From an uncultured bacterium (lineage in GTDB: Bacteria > Fidelibacterota > Marinisomatia > Marinisomatales > JACNKV01), in contig CAYLYH010000007.1 in NCBI GenBank assembly GCA_964388155.1, positions 5,679-69,678 of the forward strand: a stretch of DNA of 64,000 bases, written 5' to 3'. The notes beneath the pieces were generated by a model, which was given only the letters and a program-made list of their open reading frames with translations, was not told where the DNA came from and did no database searches. The position numbers and the translations under genes were made by a program. Numbering within the stretch: position 1 is the first letter of the stretch; every line of letters starts with the position of its first letter. This document shows positions 11,097 through 18,799 of this stretch, piece by piece.

Positions 11097-11618
11097 ATGA
11101 AGATTTTTCATTACCAAAATAAAATGAATTTACGAATTGCCGCATTACGTGATCTTGACTCTATTGTTGGTATTTATAACCAGGCTATTCAAGCCGGTAA
11201 TAAAACCGCCGATACTAAAATTATTTCTCCTGATGAACGAGTAGAATGGTTCAAAAGCCATACAAAAGAAAAATATCCGTTGTTTGTCGCTACTCTAAAG
11301 GATCAAATAGTGGGCTACTTAACAATTAGTGCGTATCGATCCGGGAGAACAGCTTTAGAAAAAACAGCTGAGGTCAGTTATTATGTTCATTTTGAACATC
11401 ATAATAATGGAGTTGGTTCAATTTTATTGAATCATGCAATCAGCATTTGCCCATCTCTGGGAATTAAAACGTTAATTGCAATTCTTTTGGAGTGTAATAC
11501 AAATAGTATTAAGCTGTTAGAAAAACATGGCTTTATACAATGGGGAAGCATGCTCAAAATTGCAGAAATAAACGGAAAACTTTTTGATCATTTATATTAT
11601 GGCCGCCATTTAACATAA
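11097..11618 (+). CDS. GNAT family N-acetyltransferase (phosphinothricin/YncA-like)
   Basis: IRIAALRDLDSIVGIYNQAI...RVEWF...PLFVA...VGYLTISAYRSGR.ALEKTAEVSYYV...GVGSILL follows the PAT-type GNAT layout. The likely true start is the ATG at 11124 (MNLRIA...). Confidence 0.8.
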   Translation: MKIFHYQNKMNLRIAALRDLDSIVGIYNQAIQAGNKTADTKIISPDERVEWFKSHTKEKYPLFVATLKDQIVGYLTISAYRSGRTALEKTAEVSYYVHFEHHNNGVGSILLNHAISICPSLGIKTLIAILLECNTNSIKLLEKHGFIQWGSMLKIAEINGKLFDHLYYGRHLT

Positions 11619-12065
11619 CAATCAATGAAATAAGAAAGTCTGCCATTACTCACAGAAAGAATATTTGCGTTCTGATTCGGGTATTGCGTAAACTTTCTTA
11701 GGCTGTTTGATTTAATTAAAAATACACAAGAAACCGAATATGATTGAATATTTTCAAATATGATTATTCTGCAAAAGTGGCGGGATATACAGTACCTGGT
11801 AAGCGGTATATACATTGATGAAGCTGGCCCAAAGTAATTATAATAAAAGAATCTCCATAGATTTATTAAATCTTCTAATGGATACACTTCCCATGCAATT
11901 ATCATTATTGAATAACGAGTCAAATAGTGAAATAAATATCCCTGTGTTTTTCCAAGTACTCAATAAAGGTCGTTTGATCACTGAGCTCACCGGAATAAGA
12001 AAAATCTTTATGACCGGTATTAACTATCGTAAACATTTTCCTAGGAATGGAAAAAACATATTTCT

Positions 12066-12300
12066 AACCCGTTGTGCATATTAGAAAAAGAGCAATTAAA
12101 ACAATGTTTATTTCACCCATTCACCGTGAAAATTATGCATAATGTATTCAGAATGTTAAGTATGGAGTGGATTGACCGTGTCAATCCAGTGCAGACATAG
12201 TCGGCACCTGTCCGATCCACAGGCGGGCAGTCCAAAACTATAAATATTGAGACATACTCAGGTCAATTTGTATAAAATCAATTAATATGCACAACGGGTT
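12066..12300. mobile_element. MITE-like non-autonomous element (18-nt perfect TIRs, 6-nt direct flank duplication)
   Basis: The TIRs are AACCCGTTGTGCATATTA (12066-12083) and TAATATGCACAACGGGTT (12283-12300). ATTTCT lies immediately outside both ends (12060-12065 and 12301-12306). The interior is non-coding and rich in hairpins. Confidence 0.7.
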
Positions 12301-12725
12301 ATTTCTATGATTTGGTAGTCGAGCATATATGTTTATCGATAATCCTAAAGACAGTATCTTTGGAAAGTATTATAAATGGGAAGTAAAGGATAGCTATAAA
12401 TCTATTTCTACTATAGAGCCAGAAATCGGTTATCGGTGGACATTAGGTAACAGAGTAGGATTTCATTGTTTGGATTGAACAATGGTGAGTACATAAAAAT
12501 GCTAAAACCAATAGGTCATATGACGATGGAATTGGGATATAAGTTTTGATTAGCAAACACCCAACAATGATCGACTACAGATGCCAAAGGCAGGCAAGTG
12601 ATTAAATTTGCTATTGAGTTTTTCAGTTAACCCACATCAATAGCTCACTCCCGGCTCTTTGCTCCCAGCTCTAAACACATAACTTTTTATGATTAACCGA
12701 TAGCGGAATTTCTGTAATTTCGGTT

Positions 12726-13640
12726 ATGAAAAAATACCTTCCCGCCCTGGCGATCATCTTCGCCGCCACACTCTGGAGTATAGATGGTTTCCTCCGCCAA
12801 GAACTTTATTCATTGCCGGCTTTTCTGATCGTGACATTGGAGCATGCCTTCGGTGCGGTTTTATTTTTTGTGTTTCTCATCCGCGGTCGAAAAGAGATCG
12901 CCGCAATGAATCAGCGCAGTTGGTCTTCAGTTCTGTGGATCTCTGTCTGCGGCGGTGTATTGGGAACCTTCTTTTACACTAAAGCGCTCAGCTATATTCA
13001 ATACATCGATCTTTCGGTCGTCGTCCTACTCCAGAAATTTCAACCGATTTTTGCCATCGCACTGGCTTCGGTCGTCCTTAAAGAGCGGCTTTCAAAACGG
13101 TTCATGATTTTGGCAGCAGCCGCACTGGTCGGGGGGTATTTAGTCACCTTTGGGGCAAATCCTATCGTCGACACGGATGATAAAACCCTCATCGCATCTC
13201 TGCTGGCATTTTTAGCGGCGTTTGCCTGGGGGAGTTCTACAGTCTTAGGAAAACATGCGTTGAAAAAATTATCCTTCCCGGTGGTTACAGCTCTGCGTCT
13301 GACCATTACAGCGGTCGTGGCATTGGCTGTTATCTTATCCACTCAGCAAGATTCTCTCACGTTAAGTTTATCTGCGAATCAATGGCTGGCAATACTGATG
13401 ATTGTACTCACCTCCGGTTCGATCGCATTGTTTATTTATTACTACGGATTGACTCACCTCCCCGCATCACACGCGACAATATACGAATTGTTCTGGCCTT
13501 TTTCTGCCGTGGCAATTGATTGGTTTATTCGAGGGAGGGTACTTTCTATCTCACAAATGTTGGGCGGTGTCATCCTGTTAACAGCCATCATATTTCTAAC
13601 ACGTGAAAACAAAGCGACGAATGTCCAAGCTGTCACCTAA
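12726..13640 (+). CDS. EamA/DMT family transporter
   Basis: 304 aa with about 10 hydrophobic spans in two similar halves, the typical drug/metabolite transporter layout. Confidence 0.85.
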   Translation: MKKYLPALAIIFAATLWSIDGFLRQELYSLPAFLIVTLEHAFGAVLFFVFLIRGRKEIAAMNQRSWSSVLWISVCGGVLGTFFYTKALSYIQYIDLSVVVLLQKFQPIFAIALASVVLKERLSKRFMILAAAALVGGYLVTFGANPIVDTDDKTLIASLLAFLAAFAWGSSTVLGKHALKKLSFPVVTALRLTITAVVALAVILSTQQDSLTLSLSANQWLAILMIVLTSGSIALFIYYYGLTHLPASHATIYELFWPFSAVAIDWFIRGRVLSISQMLGGVILLTAIIFLTRENKATNVQAVT

Positions 13641-14898
13641 AGACCTTCGACATAATTTACGTCTGAATTGCCTGCATGAATTCACCTGGGGTTTCGGGTT
13701 TGCTTTCCATACAGTTTACGCCATCGCACCGCTGTTTATGAAAAAACTGGGTGCGCCACCCGCGGTTGTTGCATCTCTGGCAGGATTATTTTACATTCTT
13801 ATTTCTATCCCGCAATTTTTTGCAGCAATTTTGGGGCGGAATATAAAAAATATAAAACTGGCAGCCATCGGTGTCCACGGATTGACCCTCCCGCCGATGT
13901 TCATTGCCGGATATACGTTTGCTTTTTTCTCCCCCACCGGGAGCAGTGCCTGGATTTTTTACTACATCTGTTTTATTCTTTACGGACTTTCTATCGGGTT
14001 TGTCATTCCAATTTGGGCAGGATTTTTACGCCATGCCACCAATGACGCTACCCGCGGATCATTTTTCGGGATCTCTTTTGCAGTCAACAGCGTCGGCGGA
14101 TTTATCGGTGGTATACTTGTAAAAATTCTCTTAAGTAGTTCCGTTCCGTTTCCGAACAATTTCGGGTGGGGATTTTTAATTCTAACTGCTTCAATGACTA
14201 TTGGCGCCGCATTATTTATTTGGTTTCGTTTAGACACACCCACAGAAATTCAGCCCCACCGAACGATTAAACATTTTATCCGTGAAGTCAAAACTATTTT
14301 CAAAACCCGTCTCAATTTCAAGCGCTATTTACTGGCAAGAATCTTCTTCACGTTTAACTATCCGGCTGTGAGTTTATACGCCGTTTACAGTCAGGATAAG
14401 TTCAGTTTTGACATCAGTGAGGCCGGAATTTTCACTGCTTTGACTGCAACCGCATTTGGTATGGCAAGTTTTTTTTCCGGTAAAATCGGAGATCGCTTCG
14501 GGCATAAGATATCCCTGACACTAGCGTTTACAGCACATTTATTTGCGATCATTACAGCTATTTCGGCACAATCTATGCTTTGGGTGTACGGAATCTTTAT
14601 CTTTCTGGGATTCGGACAGGGCGCTTTCATGCCCGCATCCATGAATTTGGTTTATGATTTCGCCGGAGAAAAAGGCGACAACAAACTCTTTATGGCAATG
14701 GTGGATACTACGCTGGCGCCCTTTACATTGGTTGCAATTATTTTCGCTGGGGTTCTGGCAGAAACCGTCTCCACCATTTGGATCTTTTCTATCATCGCAG
14801 GATTTTTGTTCATCGGAATTTTGCTGTTGATCTTTAGAGTGGATGACCCAAACCATAAACCTCATGAATCACCGGTTTATCTTGAGCCGAAAGTGTAA
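13603..14898 (+). CDS. MFS transporter
   Basis: 431 aa with about 12 transmembrane spans arranged 6+6 around a central loop. The start is uncertain because the ORF overlaps the EamA gene by 38 nt. Confidence 0.8.
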   Translation: MKTKRRMSKLSPKDLRHNLRLNCLHEFTWGFGFAFHTVYAIAPLFMKKLGAPPAVVASLAGLFYILISIPQFFAAILGRNIKNIKLAAIGVHGLTLPPMFIAGYTFAFFSPTGSSAWIFYYICFILYGLSIGFVIPIWAGFLRHATNDATRGSFFGISFAVNSVGGFIGGILVKILLSSSVPFPNNFGWGFLILTASMTIGAALFIWFRLDTPTEIQPHRTIKHFIREVKTIFKTRLNFKRYLLARIFFTFNYPAVSLYAVYSQDKFSFDISEAGIFTALTATAFGMASFFSGKIGDRFGHKISLTLAFTAHLFAIITAISAQSMLWVYGIFIFLGFGQGAFMPASMNLVYDFAGEKGDNKLFMAMVDTTLAPFTLVAIIFAGVLAETVSTIWIFSIIAGFLFIGILLLIFRVDDPNHKPHESPVYLEPKV

Positions 14899-15164
14899 AT
14901 AAGCCAAACCACAGATTACACAGAAAACCGGTAAAATTGAAGAGTCATTAACCCCTCTCTTTGTCCCCAACATTGTCTTGATTTTATTGAGGGTTAGAAT
15001 AATTTTCTACCTGCCATGCAAAAGCTTTAGCGTAGGCGGGCCTGAATCCCGATAAAGTATCGGGATGGAGAAAAGTGCAACTTATCCAAAACTAAAACGT
15101 CCTAAAATCAAATCTTTTACTTGCATTTAGACGGTAAAATGATGAAACTTCTACACAGCATCTA

Positions 15165-15551
15165 ATGAAAATCAGCAAACATATCCACCACCTTTTTCTC
15201 ATAATTCCGATGATCGTTTTCATCGTTGGGTGTAATGAGAATCCCGACCGACACCTTGAACTCGGCAAATGGTATGCGCAAAAAGGGCTGTGGAATGAAG
15301 CAGTTCTTGAGTTCCGCGAAGTGATTCGTCTTTCACCTGCAAATCATGAAGCCCTCACCCGTGAACAATTTCAAACTCTAAGCAATGCCCATTATCACAT
15401 GGCCATTGTCTATACGAAAAAAGGTTGGTGGGATGCGGCACTTAACGAAGCAAAAACCTGTTTTGATCTTCAGCCGACTCAAAACCACTACGAACTTCTG
15501 CAGCTTATTCAAAAACGAATAACACTGGATGCTCTCCCTGCCGAATCTTGA
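15165..15551 (+). CDS. TPR-repeat lipoprotein
   Basis: It has a lipobox (FIVGC) and TPR-like helices (GKWYAQKGLWNEAVLEFREVIRLSP; HYHMAIVYTKKGWWDAALNEAKTCFDLQP). Confidence 0.7.
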   Translation: MKISKHIHHLFLIIPMIVFIVGCNENPDRHLELGKWYAQKGLWNEAVLEFREVIRLSPANHEALTREQFQTLSNAHYHMAIVYTKKGWWDAALNEAKTCFDLQPTQNHYELLQLIQKRITLDALPAES

Positions 15552-15609
15552 TTTTTATCTTTTCTCCCGTACCCACCCCTTTAACACTTTAATACTTTTA
15601 CACCTGAAC

Positions 15610-16104
15610 ATGAAAAACAAACTACACTTACATTCGATGATTGTCCATGTGCCCAGCGCGACTGTTCCGCTTACGGCCGTCACGTACGCTCTTTATTGGT
15701 TCAACGGAAAACCGGTGTACAAAACCGCCGTGATGTTCTTGTTAGCGATTTCTCTGATCACGGTTCTATTTTCGATGGTGACCGGTATTCTCAAACGTCG
15801 AAAAAAACATGCAAACTGGTTTCCTTCGTTCAAACGAAAACTAATCCTCTCCATTTTATTGGTAATTAGTTTGGTCGCAACACTACCATCAATTTTTACT
15901 GCAACGCCATTTCCGGGAATTATTAATTTTACCATTTGGGTTGTTCAGCCTGCTTTAGCTGTTTGGATTATGGTCATTGGTTTAATTTCCAGTCAAGGAC
16001 GGTTCGGCGGGCGATTATCTTATGAAAACGACAAAGAGAACCAGGCAGACTATGACATTCTTTTTCAAACCATACAAACATTAAATGAGGTAGATGAAAC
16101 ATGA
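15610..16104 (+). CDS. DUF2231-like integral membrane protein
   Basis: Four predicted transmembrane spans, an N-terminal LHSMIVHVPSA motif (compare the DUF2231 pattern HP-x-hVHhP) and a C-terminal GRFGGRLSY. The ATG at 15610 is preferred over the track start at 15529. The stop overlaps the ACAD start (ATGA). Confidence 0.6.
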   Translation: MKNKLHLHSMIVHVPSATVPLTAVTYALYWFNGKPVYKTAVMFLLAISLITVLFSMVTGILKRRKKHANWFPSFKRKLILSILLVISLVATLPSIFTATPFPGIINFTIWVVQPALAVWIMVIGLISSQGRFGGRLSYENDKENQADYDILFQTIQTLNEVDET

Positions 16105-17234
16105 TTGATTTTAGCTTAACCGAAGCTCAGTTAGATTTACAGAAACGGGCACGCCAATTTGCCAAAGATGTTGTCGCTCCTGCGGCGGCTGAACACGACC
16201 GCACCGGAGAATTTCCCTTCGAGATTGCGAAACAAGCGTGGAAAGAAGGATTCTTGAATTCACACATCCCTAAAGAATACGGTGGACACGGGCGCGGAAG
16301 TTTGGATACCTGTATTATCGCGGAAGAAATTTCTGCCGCATGCAGTGGAATCGGTATTGCGCTGGATGCCAACTCCCTTGCGCAAGGACCTGTACTCATC
16401 GCCGGGAATGATGACCAAAAACGACGGTATCTCCAAGCGATGACCGAAAAACCGATGTTCGCTTCGTATGCCGTTACCGAACCGGATGCCGGATCCGATG
16501 TCTCCCGGCTATCGACTACAGCAAAAAAAATTAACGACGACACCTATGTCATCAACGGATTAAAATGGTGGATCACCGGTGGCGGTGTTGCCAGTTGGTA
16601 TTTCGTATTGGCAAGGACAGAAAATGGTCCTTCCGGGTTTATTGTGGATGCCGATTCACCGGGAATCATTCGCGGACCAAAGGAAGATAATTTGGGGCAA
16701 CATGCATCCAATACCGTCCGGGTGGCGTTTGAGGATGTACACGTCCCTGCTAAAAACCTTTTATGGAAAGAAGGGGACGGATTTAAAATTGCGATGAAAA
16801 CGTTTGATTATTCCCGTCCGCTGGTTGCAGCAGCGGCAGTTGGGGTTGCCCGTGCAGCCCTTCAGCATGCCACCGCGTATGCCCGGCGACGCAAATGTTT
16901 CAATAAAAAGATTATCAAATATCAAGGTGTCAGTTTTAAGCTGGTCGATATGGCAATGCATGTGGAAACCGCTCGACTGATTACATGGAAATCCGCTTGG
17001 CTTTATGATAACGGATTACCGAATACCAAAGAATCCGCGATGGCAAAAGCCTACGCCGCAGACTACTGCATGAAAGCCACCGTCGATGCCGTGCAAATTA
17101 TGGGCGGATATGGGTATTCGATGGAAGTCCCGATGGAAAAACTCATGCGCGATGCAAAAATCTTTCAGATTTATGAAGGAACCAGCGAAATCCAGCGAAC
17201 GATTATTGTGGCAAGTTTAATGAGGGGACGATGA
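16101..17234 (+). CDS. acyl-CoA dehydrogenase
   Basis: 377 aa containing [17 protein letters not shown] and [35 protein letters not shown], all canonical ACAD motifs. Confidence 0.93.
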   Translation: MIDFSLTEAQLDLQKRARQFAKDVVAPAAAEHDRTGEFPFEIAKQAWKEGFLNSHIPKEYGGHGRGSLDTCIIAEEISAACSGIGIALDANSLAQGPVLIAGNDDQKRRYLQAMTEKPMFASYAVTEPDAGSDVSRLSTTAKKINDDTYVINGLKWWITGGGVASWYFVLARTENGPSGFIVDADSPGIIRGPKEDNLGQHASNTVRVAFEDVHVPAKNLLWKEGDGFKIAMKTFDYSRPLVAAAAVGVARAALQHATAYARRRKCFNKKIIKYQGVSFKLVDMAMHVETARLITWKSAWLYDNGLPNTKESAMAKAYAADYCMKATVDAVQIMGGYGYSMEVPMEKLMRDAKIFQIYEGTSEIQRTIIVASLMRGR

Positions 17235-17854
17235 ATAAACGTAAACTCAAAGCTCGGCAAAATCGGTTCGTCTGCCCCATTTGCCACTTGGAACTCCACA
17301 TGCACGATGTGGATGAAAATGGGCTGGTGGTTTGTCCTGTTTGCGGTGCAGTATTAGAAGTTGTCGAATCTAACGGTCATAAAATTCCGGTGGTGCATGA
17401 TGTGGAAATCAAACGTCCGCAGCCAATGTTTCGTCTGCACACGATTGCAACACATTTTTCCATCGGACTGATGCCTCTTGCACTTTTATCTCAGGTCATC
17501 GCTTTTATTCTTTACATTTACGATGGAGGTGCCTTTGTCCAAAAATCCGTAGAATTTGAATGGATCGGCTATTGGCTGCTCATGATATCTTTTATCGGCG
17601 GACTGGCAACCTTTCTTACCGGTTATGTGGATTGGAAACGAAAATACCGCGGTCGGACTTATACAATTATCACGAAGAAAATTCGTTTATCGATTGTGAT
17701 GTTTGTTTTCCTTGCTGTAGCACTTCTGTTAAGAACGATGGCTGAACCGGGGTTTTCATTGACCTATTCAATTTATTTTGTATCACAGGTTGTCTCTTTG
17801 GGACTCATCGCCACCATCGGTCATTACGGTGGTTTTTTAGTTTACGGGAAATAA
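17231..17854 (+). CDS. LysW-type zinc-ribbon fused to a DUF2231-like membrane domain
   Basis: The N-terminus reads CPICHLELHMHDVDENGLVVCPVCGAVLEV (two CxxC pairs). It is followed by LHTIATHFSIGLMP, four transmembrane spans and a terminal GHYGGFLVYGK. The ORF overlaps the ACAD stop by 4 nt. Confidence 0.6.
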   Translation: MNKRKLKARQNRFVCPICHLELHMHDVDENGLVVCPVCGAVLEVVESNGHKIPVVHDVEIKRPQPMFRLHTIATHFSIGLMPLALLSQVIAFILYIYDGGAFVQKSVEFEWIGYWLLMISFIGGLATFLTGYVDWKRKYRGRTYTIITKKIRLSIVMFVFLAVALLLRTMAEPGFSLTYSIYFVSQVVSLGLIATIGHYGGFLVYGK

Positions 17855-17913
17855 ACTATTTAACATTTTGTAGAAACGTTGCTCCGACATTACCGGGATG
17901 ACAAAAAGTCCAT

Positions 17914-17940
17914 GTCATTCCGAACGCAGTGAGGAATCTA
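17914..17940 (+). repeat. structured repeat family R2 (GTCATTCC-n11-GGAATCT)
   Basis: The sequence is GTCATTCCGAACGCAGTGAGGAATCTA. Related copies lie at 27886-27912(-), 45099-45125(-) and 27816-27854(+), with a variant at 18466-18501(+). Confidence 0.75.
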
Positions 17941-18044
17941 AGTCTTTAATGCCACGGAGTTTTGTTCAGTGTGCAGAAAAAGTTTTGTAAACACGGCCCG
18001 CCTGCATTCTTTGTCGGGCAGGCATGCGTACCGGGTATAATAAC

Positions 18045-18108
18045 GTAGATCCCTCAGTCATTCTTCTCCCGACACTTCGTGCCTGGGACTGTAAGCTTCG
18101 GGATGACA
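18045..18108 (+). repeat. structured repeat family R1, short form
   Basis: The sequence is GTAGATCCCTCAGTCATTCTTCTCCCGACACTTCGTGCCTGGGACTGTAAGCTTCGGGATGACA. It has internal complementarity (GTCAT/ATGAC, CCCGA/TCGGG). Copies lie at 18627-18737(+) and 44950-45039(-). Confidence 0.8.
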
Positions 18109-18137
18109 GGATATCTATTTTCATGCACAGTCAATAA

Positions 18138-18428
18138 TCACTCAAACCATTGTTCAGCTAAGTCCAGCCAACCTTTATTCTGTTCTTCTATTAAACGAAT
18201 TTTCTTTTCTCTCCGCCAACCTTTGATGCGTTTTTCATACTCTAATGTCTCCCATACATCGTTGGTTTCATCATAATATACCAGACGTGTAATATTATAT
18301 CGCTTAGTAAATCCATCAGCGATTTTTAATTTATGCTGCCAGACACGCCCTTCTAAATCGCTTGTAACTCCCGTATAAATTCGACGGTTTTGACTTGCCA
18401 TAATATAAACGTAATAAGTTTTTTCCAT
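18138..18428 (-). CDS. GIY-YIG nuclease family protein (UPF0213-like, 96 aa)
   Basis: YYVYIMASQNRRIYTGVTSDLEGRVWQHK...RLVYYDE...AL.YEKRIKGWRREKK is the GIY-YIG core. Confidence 0.9.
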   Translation of the reverse strand: MEKTYYVYIMASQNRRIYTGVTSDLEGRVWQHKLKIADGFTKRYNITRLVYYDETNDVWETLEYEKRIKGWRREKKIRLIEEQNKGWLDLAEQWFE

Positions 18429-18465
18429 GTTGTATTTTACACTATTTTACCCAAAACAACAAATT

Positions 18466-18501
18466 GTCATTTCGATCCGCCGGCTGGCGGAGAGAAATCT
18501 A
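18466..18501 (+). repeat. R2-variant repeat
   Basis: GTCATTTCGATCCGCCGGCTGGCGGAGAGAAATCTA forms an ATTTC/GAAAT outer stem and a CCGCC/GGCGG inner stem. A partial copy lies at 45192-45207(-). Confidence 0.65.
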
Positions 18502-18626
18502 CTTTGTTTTGGGCACGGACTTAGGCTTTGTAAACAAATCATAAGTACAGGGATTAAATATAGAATTTTTCATTTTGTGTATGGAAAAAATCTTGTGTAC
18601 AAATCATACATACCGAGTTTGATTAT

Positions 18627-18737
18627 GTAGATCCCTCAGTCGTTCCCCCGACACTTCGTGTTTCCATCTGGCGGGCTTGCCCGCCTCTGGAGGGGTCTGA
18701 GGACGTGTCCGGGGCTGTAAGCTCATTCGGGATGACA
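18627..18737 (+). repeat. structured repeat family R1, long form
   Basis: It has the same ends as 18045-18108, plus an internal insertion of about 45 nt (TTTCCATCTGGCGGGCTTGCCCGCCTCTGGAGGGGTCTGAGGACGTG). Confidence 0.8.
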
Positions 18738-18740
18738 TAC

Positions 18741-18779
18741 AAAAAAAAGCCCCGTACACGAAGTGCCGGGGCTTTTTTT
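18741..18779. terminator. bidirectional intrinsic terminator downstream of the TBDR gene
   Basis: The sequence AAAAAAAA-GCCCCG-tacacgaagtgc-CGGGGC-TTTTTTT lies 21 nt past the TBDR stop. Confidence 0.75.
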
Positions 18780-18799
18780 CTAAGCTAAATAATCAGCTT

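Noticed and set aside
11597-12084. Track ORFs 11597-11923(-) and 11815-12084(+) as real genes
   Set aside because: They overlap each other and have odd compositions (runs of I/F/Y/N). The plus-strand one terminates inside the MITE inverted repeat, and neither has a convincing ribosome-binding site.
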